A stretch of 57,994 nt of DNA. Source: a virus (Duplodnaviria > Caudoviricetes). The first letter of the stretch is position 1; each line of letters begins with the position of its first letter. This document shows positions 30,583-40,129 of the stretch, one piece after another. The translations under genes and the position numbers were made by a program. Below the pieces are notes generated by a model. It ran no database searches and was not told where the DNA came from. It saw only the letters and a program-made list of their open reading frames with translations. The stretch lies in the IMG/VR virus record IMGVR_UViG_3300044971_003295, positions 1-57,994 of that record. One strand, written 5' to 3'.

Positions 30583-31641
30583 ATGACTACAACAACAACA
30601 ATCCAAACAGCAGAGTTTGAGGCTATGACCCCAACTAAGCGACTAGAACTTGCTGATAGACTTTATGAGGGTCTTGGCAATCTACTCGCTATGGTCGGTT
30701 CGCAAAACACAGGGTTCTACCCAACTGCCTCTGACTACGCAGACTTGCTAGAAACCCACAAGGGTAAAGCAAGCGAACTTACCAAGCGTAATGCCTCTGA
30801 CCCGACAGCGAAAGCAAAGGCGGAAGATGTGAGCATTGAGGCATTGGTTGGCGAGAACTCCTACGCCCGACCTAATGGCGAACTTTACTACTCTCGTATG
30901 TGGGGCGACCACCAAGACATACAGGTTCTACGCAAAGCCCGAGAGAACAAGCAGTTCATCTTGCTCTATGGAAGTCCTGGCTGTGGCAAAACTGCTCTCG
31001 TTGAGGGTGCGTTCCAAGACGACCTATACACTTTGCTCGGCACAGGCGACACAGAGGTTTCAGACTTTGTTGGTTCTTATGTTCAGACCCCGAGTGGTGG
31101 ATTTGAGTGGATTGACGGAGTTCTAACCCGAGCAGTAGAAGAGGGCAAAGTTCTTCTGATTGACGAGGTTGGTCTGATTGACCCGAAAGTTATGTCGCTT
31201 ATCTATGGACTAATGGACGGACGAGACGAACTAATCATCACCACCAATCCCGAGCGTGGAACTATCAAAGCAAAAGCAGGGTTCTATGTAATCTGTGCCA
31301 CGAACCCTAATGCGCCTGGGGTTCGCCTATCAGAGGCTCTGCTATCTCGCTGTGTAGTTCAGGCAGAAATGACTACTGATTGGAACTTGGCAAAGAAGTT
31401 GGGCGTTCCTGCCTCAATCACAACTGCCTCACAGAACTTGTCGAAAAAGCAGAAGTCGGGTGAAGTTTCTTGGTCGCCACAAATGCGAGAACTCCTAGCG
31501 TTCCGAGACTTGGCAAACACTTTCGGCACTAAGTTCGCAATCGCAAACTTGCTGGCAGTAGCCCCAGAAATGGACAGGGCTGTTGTAGCAGATGTATTCA
31601 CCCGAGTATTCGGTGAAGAGTGTCTGCCAGCAAAAATCTAG
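30583..31641 (+). CDS. MoxR/CbbQ-NirQ-type AAA+ ATPase
   Basis: GSPGCGKT Walker A, LLIDE Walker B, ATNP sensor, EALLSR arginine finger. Confidence 0.9.
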   Translation: MTTTTTIQTAEFEAMTPTKRLELADRLYEGLGNLLAMVGSQNTGFYPTASDYADLLETHKGKASELTKRNASDPTAKAKAEDVSIEALVGENSYARPNGELYYSRMWGDHQDIQVLRKARENKQFILLYGSPGCGKTALVEGAFQDDLYTLLGTGDTEVSDFVGSYVQTPSGGFEWIDGVLTRAVEEGKVLLIDEVGLIDPKVMSLIYGLMDGRDELIITTNPERGTIKAKAGFYVICATNPNAPGVRLSEALLSRCVVQAEMTTDWNLAKKLGVPASITTASQNLSKKQKSGEVSWSPQMRELLAFRDLANTFGTKFAIANLLAVAPEMDRAVVADVFTRVFGEECLPAKI

Positions 31642-31767
31642 ATAACCTCTCTTGTCTAGTCGGGGCAGGGTAGTCAGAAATGGCTACCCTGTTTCTGCCC
31701 CGATTTGACTTGATGTATAAGAGGGCGTAAAGTAAATACCACAAAGTCATTTATGAAAGGAAACGAA

Positions 31768-33585
31768 ATGGCACATCTAATAAACAACTCTGATAAAGAG
31801 CGTAAGACCCCGAGCGAGTGGTTGGGCGTTGGTGCGAGCATTGGCAAAGTAGTCAATGATTGGGCTATGCGAGACGACCTCGTTGTATTTGTTGGCGAGG
31901 AATTGTCGGCTAACGCACCTGCTCTATTCGACCCTGCCAAAGCAGAGATTGAGGTCAATACCAAAATCGCTTTCGGCAACTACGCTAACCCGACTTGGAT
32001 TGGCGACTTCACAGACAGGGATTGCCAATTCGACTTTCCCCGAGCAACAGGGGCAATCTTTCACGAAAGCCTACACGCCAGATTTACTCGCTGGTCATTA
32101 GAGCAATCATCAAAGGACTTAGAGCCTCGGGTCAATGAGATACTTCACCTGCTAGAAGAGGGTCGCATTGAGGCTATGGGCGTTCGTGTAATGCCAGAGA
32201 ACAAAGAGTTCCTACGCACCTCGGCGTTAGAGATTGTCCTAGCAAGCCTAGACCAGAGTGAAGAACCTATTGGTTCGGTTCGTGGTATGGCGAAAGTTGC
32301 CTCGCTCGTTGGTGCGAGAATTGACGCTGGCGTTCTACGCTTGCGAGATGTATCAGATGTGATTGACCTAATCAAAGAGGGTCTAGGTGAGGCTCTTTAC
32401 GAAGAACTACGCTCTATCTGGTCGCAAGCACAACGCCACTACCAGCACAACAACGCAGAACCTCTTTACGCTCTTGCGAAGATGTGGGATAAGTTGGTCG
32501 AAGAAGAGGCAGACAAGAGGGGCGAACCTAAGGGCGGTGGCGGTGGTTGCGGTGGTCTCTCTGTGCCAGCAGATAGCCCACTTGGTAAAGCAATCAAAGA
32601 GGCTCTTGACGAGGCGAAAGACCAATCAGAGATTGGTGCGAACTCGGCTCTCGCTGACCAGCAGACCAAAGAAGATTGGGAAAAAGAGGCTAAGGAAAAA
32701 GCGAACTCTGCCAAGCAACAGCACGAACACAAGAAAACTGCCGAGCAGGTATTCGGGCGTAAAGCAGACGGAACTAGCGAAATGGAAACTAGCGGTTCTC
32801 ACTCCACGCTGAAAGAAACTCGCAAGCCCACTTCGGCAGAACGAGTTGGTGCGGTCAAGATTGCCCAGATGTTAGAAAAGGCAAAGTATCGTGAGCGTGA
32901 TTTGACGATTGTTGGTTCGGTAGTTCCTGCTGGCAAACTACGCACGAAGTTATTGGTTCAGGCACAGGCTCTCAAAGAGCGTGGCGTTCTAACTCCTGTT
33001 GAGGCGTGGCGAAAGAAAACTCGCAAGCAGACAGACGAGCCTACGCTGACGATTGGCGTAATGGTTGATGTGTCTGGTTCTATGGGGAACGCTATGAACC
33101 CTATGGCGAGTATGGCTTGGATTATGTCCGAGGCTGGAAAACGAGTTCAGGCTAAGTCGGCTATGGTCTATTATGGCGAGGGCGTGTTTCCAACTTTGCG
33201 AGTTGGCGAACGCCTAGATGAAGTCAAAGTTTACTCGGCGGTGGACGGAACTGAAAAGTTTGATAAAGCGTTTCAGGCTCTCAATGGAACTTTGGACTTG
33301 CTCTATGGCTCGGGTGCGAGATTGCTCGTTGTAGTTTCAGACGGGGCTTACACCACCGAAGAACAGCGAGCCTGTAAGAAGTGGATAAAGGAGTGCGACA
33401 AGAACGGAGTTGCTGTGGTCTGGCTCAACTTTGATAAGAGTTGGGGCGAGGGCTACATCAAGGACTTTCTCAATGGCACGACAGGCGAGTATCTTCTGAT
33501 TGGCGACAAGCCCGAAGAAGTTGCCACCGAGATTGGCAAGAGGGCAAGCAAATCGCTCTCGGCAATCGGCAAGCGGAACGCCTAA
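31768..33585 (+). CDS. CobT-like protein: N-terminal HExxH metallopeptidase-like domain, C-terminal vWA domain
   Basis: FHESLH...LEEGRIE; MIDAS motifs DVSGSM, GT, SDG; adjacent to the MoxR ATPase. Confidence 0.85.
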   Translation: MAHLINNSDKERKTPSEWLGVGASIGKVVNDWAMRDDLVVFVGEELSANAPALFDPAKAEIEVNTKIAFGNYANPTWIGDFTDRDCQFDFPRATGAIFHESLHARFTRWSLEQSSKDLEPRVNEILHLLEEGRIEAMGVRVMPENKEFLRTSALEIVLASLDQSEEPIGSVRGMAKVASLVGARIDAGVLRLRDVSDVIDLIKEGLGEALYEELRSIWSQAQRHYQHNNAEPLYALAKMWDKLVEEEADKRGEPKGGGGGCGGLSVPADSPLGKAIKEALDEAKDQSEIGANSALADQQTKEDWEKEAKEKANSAKQQHEHKKTAEQVFGRKADGTSEMETSGSHSTLKETRKPTSAERVGAVKIAQMLEKAKYRERDLTIVGSVVPAGKLRTKLLVQAQALKERGVLTPVEAWRKKTRKQTDEPTLTIGVMVDVSGSMGNAMNPMASMAWIMSEAGKRVQAKSAMVYYGEGVFPTLRVGERLDEVKVYSAVDGTEKFDKAFQALNGTLDLLYGSGARLLVVVSDGAYTTEEQRACKKWIKECDKNGVAVVWLNFDKSWGEGYIKDFLNGTTGEYLLIGDKPEEVATEIGKRASKSLSAIGKRNA

Positions 33586-33674
33586 CCGATAGGTTTGGTT
33601 TGGGGCTAGGTATCGTTTCCACCTAGCCCCGAGCCGATTTGACTAACCGATACAAAGAGAGGACAATAAGGGTT

Positions 33675-33950
33675 ATGACTAGAAGTTGGTTTACAGAGTA
33701 TTCATACGGCGATGAAGATGAACTTGCCGTCTACGAAACTAGTTGGTGGACGAGGGCTATGTGGGATAACATACACCACAGAGATACAGAGTGGGGCATT
33801 GTGCTTGCCGACCACTACGACAAGAAAGTCCACGACTTCTCGAAAGTAGACAGAGATGAGGGCGAACTAGTTTGCCAGACCTGCGAACTAACCCCAGAGG
33901 AACTAGACATAAAGCCCACCAAAACAGACGAGGACATTATTTATTCTTGA
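33675..33950 (+). CDS. Hypothetical early protein
   Basis: ORF with H..F...CQTC; ends DIIYS. Confidence 0.6.
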   Translation: MTRSWFTEYSYGDEDELAVYETSWWTRAMWDNIHHRDTEWGIVLADHYDKKVHDFSKVDRDEGELVCQTCELTPEELDIKPTKTDEDIIYS

Positions 33951-34005
33951 CTTGACTTAGGTTGAGAAGTGTGAATAATAGAAGTAGGCAGAGAGAGGAA
34001 AACAA

Positions 34006-34674
34006 ATGCCAAACTGGGTATCAAACTGGGTAAGCGTTCAGGGCAAGAAAGCAGATGTCGAACGATTTATCGAAAAAGCACAACAGCCTCGTCCAACAGG
34101 TATCAACGAGGAAACAGGCGAGTTGGAATACTCGTCAGACGAGCAAGAGGTCTTGTCGTTCTGGAACTTTATTGCCCCACCAGAAGAGGCAGTAAAGAGT
34201 GGCGAATACTTTGGCACTCGGGGTTTCATTGATGGCGAGTCAAAGGGCGACAGCCCTAACAACTGGTATTCGTGGAACAATCGTGAGTGGGGAACGAAAT
34301 GGGACGCTTGCCACCTAGACCCTCACGAAATCGAAGTTGAGGGCGACAACGCCACAAAGTCCTACTCGTTTGAGACAGCGTGGGGTATCCCCGAGCCTGT
34401 GTTTGAGGCTATGGTCGAACAGCACCCCGAACTCAATTTCGACTTTGAGTGCGAAGAAGAGCAGGGTTGGGGTGCGGAGTATCGCGGCGAAGAGGGCGAA
34501 ATCTCTTTGGTCAAACAATGGGACATACCAAACAGCCACGCCGACTATGTTGAGCGTGATAGAGAAAGTAATTGTAATTGTGCTTGGAGTGAGGACACCG
34601 AGGATTGGTATGCGGATTGCCCACTACCCGAGGGTGGAACTGCTGGCGAAGAGGCACAGATTATTTACCAATAA
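34006..34674 (+). CDS. DUF1281/YubB-like ferredoxin-fold protein
   Basis: MPNW..N, WY.W...WGTKW, FETAW..P. Confidence 0.8.
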   Translation: MPNWVSNWVSVQGKKADVERFIEKAQQPRPTGINEETGELEYSSDEQEVLSFWNFIAPPEEAVKSGEYFGTRGFIDGESKGDSPNNWYSWNNREWGTKWDACHLDPHEIEVEGDNATKSYSFETAWGIPEPVFEAMVEQHPELNFDFECEEEQGWGAEYRGEEGEISLVKQWDIPNSHADYVERDRESNCNCAWSEDTEDWYADCPLPEGGTAGEEAQIIYQ

Positions 34675-34732
34675 ATGAACTTGACGCACCTCGCAAGAGG
34701 TGTGTAAGTTTGTTTATAGAAAGCGAGGACAA

Positions 34733-35065
34733 GTGGCAACATCAACAATAAAAGACCTAATCCAATGGGCAGAGGGCAGAGACCCTGACGAGCCTGTGCT
34801 GTGGTATCTATGGACTAAGGACGAGATAGCAGACCGCTTTCCAGACGGACAGCACATCACCAACGAAGAGGCAGACAGGGTTCTAGACGCTTTCTCATTT
34901 CCCGACTACTCTTGGGACGGAATAAACGAGAACTTTTGCGAGGCTCTTGACGAAGAGTTCGGCAGGTTTCGTTGCCAAGATTGCGGTGATTACGACAAAG
35001 AGGCACAGGTGGTAAATGACGAAACTACTTGTCGTGGTTGCGGTGAGGAAAAGGAAGTCGTCTGA
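34733..35065 (+). CDS. Acidic Zn-ribbon protein (paralog A)
   Basis: GAGG RBS with GTG start; CQDC...CRGCGEE. Confidence 0.7.
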   Translation: MATSTIKDLIQWAEGRDPDEPVLWYLWTKDEIADRFPDGQHITNEEADRVLDAFSFPDYSWDGINENFCEALDEEFGRFRCQDCGDYDKEAQVVNDETTCRGCGEEKEVV

Positions 35066-35391
35066 TGTACACGACCATAAAAGAACTCATTGAGAAGTTG
35101 TCCAAGCAAGACGAAAATGAGAAAATCTATGCGATTATCTGGGATAAGACAGACCTAATGCCTGACTTGCCAGACGGACAAGAGTGGTCAGAGGCACAAA
35201 TCACCAAAGTCTTTGATAACTTTTCGATTGACGACAACTCTTGGGAAGCAATCGGTCTTGACGAACAACACGCCAGAACCTCATTGGAAGAGTTCCGGTG
35301 CGAAAACTGCTACGATTTTGACCTACGAACAATTCAGGCTGGAAGCCACCGAGAGTGTCCGACCTGTGGCGAAGAGGAAGAGGTTGTCTAG
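35065..35391 (+). CDS. Acidic Zn-ribbon protein (paralog B)
   Basis: CENC...CPTCGEE; aligns end to end with 34733-35065. Confidence 0.7.
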   Translation: MYTTIKELIEKLSKQDENEKIYAIIWDKTDLMPDLPDGQEWSEAQITKVFDNFSIDDNSWEAIGLDEQHARTSLEEFRCENCYDFDLRTIQAGSHRECPTCGEEEEVV

Positions 35392-35696
35392 TGCGAAAGA
35401 TATACCGAATAGTCGGTTTTCGTGATAAAGAGACCGAAATGGGGTATGGCGACCTACTAAACAAGGTCGTTGAGGTCAAAAATAGCGTAAAAGTCGAAGT
35501 AAATGCTGATACCGCTGTGTTTTGGCAAGAAAAACACCCAAATTTGGAGTTTGGGCAGGTTTTTACGATAAATTATGTCTTTGGTTCGCAGGTAGGCAAC
35601 CGAACTTTCGGATTTTACGAGGATTTGCCTGAAATGGTCGCAGAAAACTCAATTCAGATGAAGTTTTTAGGCGAGGAAGAAGAGAAAATTGTCTGA
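35391..35696 (+). CDS. Hypothetical protein
   Basis: GTG overlapping the upstream stop. Confidence 0.55.
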   Translation: MRKIYRIVGFRDKETEMGYGDLLNKVVEVKNSVKVEVNADTAVFWQEKHPNLEFGQVFTINYVFGSQVGNRTFGFYEDLPEMVAENSIQMKFLGEEEEKIV

Positions 35697-35925
35697 TTTG
35701 GTCGGAAAATACGCAAAAATCGTCAAATACGAGCCTTTTGTGGATAGAAGTGCGCCTCTAATAGTCAAAAAAGGCACGATTTACGAGATTTTGGCCTATA
35801 AAGACGGTATGAGGGGAAAATACTACTATTTTCGGGAAAGACGGGCAGGATTGGGCAGTTATGCGATTTATGAGGCCGAAATTGAGTTTGAGGTCGTAGA
35901 AATCGAAGAAAATGTGTTTTCGTGA
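35689..35925 (+). CDS. Hypothetical protein
   Basis: TTG start, coupled. Confidence 0.5.
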   Translation: MSDLVGKYAKIVKYEPFVDRSAPLIVKKGTIYEILAYKDGMRGKYYYFRERRAGLGSYAIYEAEIEFEVVEIEENVFS

Positions 35926-36002
35926 TAAGTTCGTTATCTAACTTTTGACGAAAAAGCCCAAAAAGGGGCTATGATTATACAAACGAGCAAAAAGGAGTAA
36001 AA

Positions 36003-36374
36003 ATGGGCGACAGGTCTCACATTGTAATTCGGACAAGCAACCCTGCTGATACGATTACCCTCTACGGACATTGGGCAGGAACTACCAACATTGACGCTGT
36101 GCGAAGTGTTATGAGCCGAACAAAAATAGTGGGCGACATTTCGTATCTAACCGCAGAGTTGTTTTACGAGTTTGCGGTTGTTGAGGGCAAATACACAGGT
36201 GTCGGGTTCGACAGTTATGGTATCTGGGTTGGTGATGATGACGGTGCTTGGGCAGACAATCCGAGCGTTTATGTAAATGCCGAAGACGGAACTTTCGACT
36301 ATGAGGGCGAAACCGAAGAGGGCGAAGAAGAAGAAGAAAATGTAATGCTTGACCAAGACATAATTCACCGCTAA
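36003..36374 (+). CDS. Phage hypothetical protein (MGDRS...LY.HW.G type)
   Basis: AAGGAG RBS; own promoter at 35945. Confidence 0.7.
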   Translation: MGDRSHIVIRTSNPADTITLYGHWAGTTNIDAVRSVMSRTKIVGDISYLTAELFYEFAVVEGKYTGVGFDSYGIWVGDDDGAWADNPSVYVNAEDGTFDYEGETEEGEEEEENVMLDQDIIHR

Positions 36375-36401
36375 GATAGACACATCAAACGAGAGGCAAA
36401 A

Positions 36402-36593
36402 ATGGCAAAGGCAAACTTTTACCGCTTTGCGGTGTATGGCATTTCAGGAGTAGAACGCATTGAGGTAATTGCTACCAGCGTTCCCGAGGCGGTCAAAACT
36501 GCCGAAGAGTGGGAACTTGACGGACAGCGACCAATCAAGGTAGAACTAATGAGTAGCACAGCAAGCAAATACGAAATGCTAGGAACGGAATAG
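36402..36593 (+). CDS. Hypothetical protein
   Basis: GAGAGG RBS. Confidence 0.6.
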   Translation: MAKANFYRFAVYGISGVERIEVIATSVPEAVKTAEEWELDGQRPIKVELMSSTASKYEMLGTE

Positions 36594-36595
36594 AA

Positions 36596-36901
36596 ATGCG
36601 TTATCGTGTAGCACTAGGCGAGGTTATTCGTGAGGAACGATTAGCACAGCAACTATTCCAGCGAGAGATTGCTCGTAGAGGCGTAATCTCGGTTGGACAC
36701 CTCAGCGATGTTGAGCGAGGTCAGAAAGAGATTTCGTCTGAACTCTTAGACGGAGTTGCGGGTGGGCTTGGCGTAAAAGCATACGAACTCGTAATACGAG
36801 CAGGTCTAAAAATGGCAGGACAAGAGATACCAGACACGCCAGCCGAACTGCTCGACACCGCACTACAATTTGGATTTGACAAAGAACTCACAAATCACTA
36901 A
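36596..36901 (+). CDS. XRE-family HTH regulator, ClgR-like
   Basis: LGEVIREER..Q...REIA....IS.G.LS.VERG.KE.SSELL matches the actinobacterial ClgR pattern. Confidence 0.75.
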   Translation: MRYRVALGEVIREERLAQQLFQREIARRGVISVGHLSDVERGQKEISSELLDGVAGGLGVKAYELVIRAGLKMAGQEIPDTPAELLDTALQFGFDKELTNH

Positions 36902-36940
36902 ACTCATTACATCAAGCAACACCAAAAACTAGGAGAAAAA

Positions 36941-37420
36941 ATGTCAGAAAAAATTTCAGTTCAGGGTCTAGTGGCAACAACACCACGACACCTCATTACG
37001 CAAGACGGACTACCGATTACCTCGTTCCGTATGGCAAGCACTCACCGCAAGTTCGACAGAGTTAGCAAAAAGTGGGTGGACGGCGAAACTAATTGGTATA
37101 CCATTACGGCGTTTCGTCAGTTGGCAATCAACATAGCAGGTTCGGTTTCTAAGGGCGAGCGAGTTATGGTCAGCGGTGCGTTGCGAGTTCGTGATTGGGA
37201 TAACGGCGAGCGAGCAGGAACTTCTGTTGAGATTGAGGCAGAGGCAGTTGGACACGACCTAAATTGGGGAACAGGAACTTTCACCAGAACTATTCTTGTG
37301 CGTGAACCAGATGAAGAGCCAGACGAGCCAGAAACCTTTGCTAAGATTGTAGTAGAGCCAGAGGCTTTGACTATGCCACCAACCAAAGAAACACCAGCAC
37401 CAGAACCAGAAATGGTCTGA
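36941..37420 (+). CDS. ssb: Single-stranded DNA-binding protein (actinobacterial type)
   Basis: G....P......G....SFR.A...R.FDR....W.DG.T.W....AFR.LA.N...S..KG.RV.V.G.L..R.W. Confidence 0.9.
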   Translation: MSEKISVQGLVATTPRHLITQDGLPITSFRMASTHRKFDRVSKKWVDGETNWYTITAFRQLAINIAGSVSKGERVMVSGALRVRDWDNGERAGTSVEIEAEAVGHDLNWGTGTFTRTILVREPDEEPDEPETFAKIVVEPEALTMPPTKETPAPEPEMV

Positions 37421-37427
37421 TAGAATT

Positions 37428-37504
37428 GGAGTGTCGGGTTTGCCCCCTCGTTTATCCCGACACTCCATAGCCAATCGGGTTTGCCCCCTCATTTACCGAT
37501 TGGC
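37428..37504 (+). ncRNA. Twin hairpins with C-rich loops (candidate anti-RBS sRNA)
   Basis: 11-bp and 9-bp perfect stems of different sequence with near-identical loops TTTGCCCCCTC(G/A)TTTA. Confidence 0.5.
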
Positions 37505-37510
37505 AAAAGA

Positions 37511-37551
37511 AAGCCCCTGCGTTGAGTTTACTCCGCAGGGGTTTTCGCTTT
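37511..37551 (+). terminator. Intrinsic terminator
   Basis: GCCCCTGCG...CGCAGGGGT followed by TTTCGCTTT. Confidence 0.75.
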
Positions 37552-37672
37552 CTTGTAGCAGCCAGAAATAAAAAATAAAAACCGCTAATAAGTTATGAAC
37601 CTGTTATCCGCCAACTTGCCACCAACGCCATTTCTTCGCTATAATAATTACACAAGCAAACGAGAGGACACA

Positions 37673-37936
37673 ATGCTTTCACCACTAGAAAAATACCCAG
37701 ACCAATCGCTAACAGAACTATTGCCACAATGGTTATGGGGAATTACCATAAAGAATTACAAAGACAAAATTGTAAAACGAGTTCTATGGCAAGACGGAAG
37801 TATTACGCTTACTTTCTGGGAACGACCAGAACTGCGAACCTACCAATACGAACACACAAACACAATGGACTTTCCAACAACAGCCGAGTATGTCGCTTGG
37901 TTGCCAACACTAGAAAATTGGAACGGAGTAAAGTAA
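37673..37936 (+). CDS. Hypothetical early protein
   Basis: TTGCCA-18-TATAAT promoter; GAGAGG RBS. Confidence 0.65.
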   Translation: MLSPLEKYPDQSLTELLPQWLWGITIKNYKDKIVKRVLWQDGSITLTFWERPELRTYQYEHTNTMDFPTTAEYVAWLPTLENWNGVK

Positions 37937-38160
37937 TGGGATACAGCAACTACCCCGAGGGGTCAATGATGGGGTCAGGCATTTATTCAGTAGAAGTTGA
38001 GTATGATGAGTTCTTCTGCGAAAATTGCGAAAAGACCAACGAAGAGGGAACAACCTCAACTGATGATTGGGGCAACTACATTGTTGAGTGCGAGTTCTGT
38101 AATTACACGCACAAGGAGAGTAGCCTGAAACAAGACCGAGACGACTACTACCAAGATTAG
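37936..38160 (+). CDS. Acidic Zn-ribbon protein
   Basis: TAATG overlap; CENC...CEFC. Confidence 0.65.
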   Translation: MGYSNYPEGSMMGSGIYSVEVEYDEFFCENCEKTNEEGTTSTDDWGNYIVECEFCNYTHKESSLKQDRDDYYQD

Positions 38161-38357
38161 TCAAACAACCCGAGCAAGTTGTAAAACTGCTCACCACGCC
38201 TCGGGCGGAAAAATAAAAAATTTTTGCTGCTACGCAGCAAAAAATAAAAAATAAAAGCCTCATTTATAAAATGAACCCGCCGACCCCGACTTGCTAATGT
38301 CGCCCAAGTGTGTTTAGATTGTAGTGTGGAACAACCCCCACAAATGAGGAGAACAAA

Positions 38358-38801
38358 ATGTCGGAAACTAACTACAACCCAGACTTCCTAACCGAAGACC
38401 AAATCCGTATCAACTTGCTACAAGAGCAAGCAACAGCACAGGCAACAGAGTTGTCGAACACCATTGACCGCCTAAAATCAAAGACACAGCGAGTAAGCGA
38501 CCTCAATGATGAAAAGTATCGTGCCTTTGAGATTATCAAAGACGCAATCGAAAGCGACGACATTGAGGCTGACGCTGATTGGCTCAAAGAAGTTGCCGAG
38601 GTATTCAGTTGGGAACTCAAACGAGAAGTAAATGTGAGGTTCACAATCACAGGAACGGCTAGTGTAAGTCTGCCTTACGGCAAGGAACTAAGCGACTTCT
38701 CTTTCAGTTCGTCAGATGTTTCGATTGATTGTGATGGCTGGAACAATGATGCCGAGGTATCTGTCGAAGACCACCAACTCGAAGACATAGACGAAGAGTA
38801 A
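38358..38801 (+). CDS. Cassette gene: acidic coiled-coil protein
   Basis: Promoter plus GAGGAG RBS. Confidence 0.75.
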   Translation: MSETNYNPDFLTEDQIRINLLQEQATAQATELSNTIDRLKSKTQRVSDLNDEKYRAFEIIKDAIESDDIEADADWLKEVAEVFSWELKREVNVRFTITGTASVSLPYGKELSDFSFSSSDVSIDCDGWNNDAEVSVEDHQLEDIDEE

Positions 38802-39007
38802 ACCTGCGACCTGAGCAAGTCCTAAAACTGCTCAACAAACACCGCCGCGAAAAATAAAAAATTTTACGGGGCTACGCCCCGTAAAAATAAAAATCAAAAT
38901 CTTCATTTATAAATGAACACGCCGACCCCCGACTTGACTTATGTTGCGTTGTGTGGTTTGATTATAGAGTAGGGCAAATCGACAATCCTACAAAGGAGAT
39001 GGTTGCT

Positions 39008-39355
39008 ATGAGCAACGACAACAACGAGGGTGTAAAGCCCGACAACATTTCAGACAGCCCTGAAATTGTTGTTATCACCAGCACCAAAGTTCGCAAGGCT
39101 CACGCCGACTTTGTTCAGGCAAAGTTAGACGAGAACAACGCAAAGGAACGCAAGGCAAAAGCCGAGGCAATTCTTCGTGAGGCTCTCGGTGAGTTCGGCA
39201 AAGTTGGATACTTTGGCAAGACCAAAGCGTTCAGCCTTGTATCAAGCAAGAACACCAGCGTCAAGCGTGATGTTCTAGAAGAAAAATACCCTGTCGCTTT
39301 CGCAGACGAAGAAGTGTGGAACATCACTCCTTACGACTACATACGCACAGCGTAG
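39008..39355 (+). CDS. Cassette gene: hypothetical protein
   Basis: Promoter plus AAGGAG RBS. Confidence 0.75.
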   Translation: MSNDNNEGVKPDNISDSPEIVVITSTKVRKAHADFVQAKLDENNAKERKAKAEAILREALGEFGKVGYFGKTKAFSLVSSKNTSVKRDVLEEKYPVAFADEEVWNITPYDYIRTA

Positions 39356-39679
39356 TTCTTCACAACCTAAGCAAGTTGTAAAAAGGCTTACCTTGTTAGG
39401 TTGGGTAGGTGGTAGGTGTGTTCTGTGAGGCACACCTATCACCGCCGCCGAAAAATAAAAAATTTCCGCTACGCGGAAATAAAAATAAATTTTCCGCTAC
39501 GCGGAAAAATAAAAAAAATAAATTTCCTCGTTAGCGGGGCTACGCCCCGCGACCGAGGAAATAAAAAATAAAATCAAAACCATCATTTATAAAAATGACG
39601 CCGCCGACCCCGTTTGCGTATCGTTGCGTTTTGTGGTTAGATTATAGTGTGAGGACAATCTCACAAGAAACGAGGAAAA

Positions 39680-40021
39680 ATGTCGGAAAAGGTTATCATC
39701 ACAATCCAAATGGACGCTCAGGAAGTCTGGTCTAATGTGCTAGGTTCTGCTTGGGAAGATTGGGATTGGTGGGAAAAAATCAAATACAGCGAAGGTTCTG
39801 ATTGGGATAAGGTAGGCGAAATTACGCTTTCGATTACCGACCCAAATGACGAGGAAAAGGTTATTACCAAAACCCTCGGCGTTCAGGATTTGGCAAAGGC
39901 TTACGCCGAGTTAGCCTCTAAGAACTACGGCGGAACAAATCTAGACATACACGACCTAGACGCTGTGTATGGCGATTGCGTCTTACAGCAAGCAGTTCTC
40001 GGTGATGTTGTCTATGGATAA
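39680..40021 (+). CDS. Cassette gene: acidic phage protein (DA..GD..LQ....G.VVYG)
   Basis: Promoter plus AAACGAGG RBS. Confidence 0.75.
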   Translation: MSEKVIITIQMDAQEVWSNVLGSAWEDWDWWEKIKYSEGSDWDKVGEITLSITDPNDEEKVITKTLGVQDLAKAYAELASKNYGGTNLDIHDLDAVYGDCVLQQAVLGDVVYG

Positions 40022-40129
40022 CACTCGACAATCGTTGAGGAAGATAGCCCGAGTGTTCTACGGAATAGGAAACTTTTTTATGTCCGTAGAACACAGGGTT
40101 TATCTGAAACAACGCAGAAAGGAAAAGTA

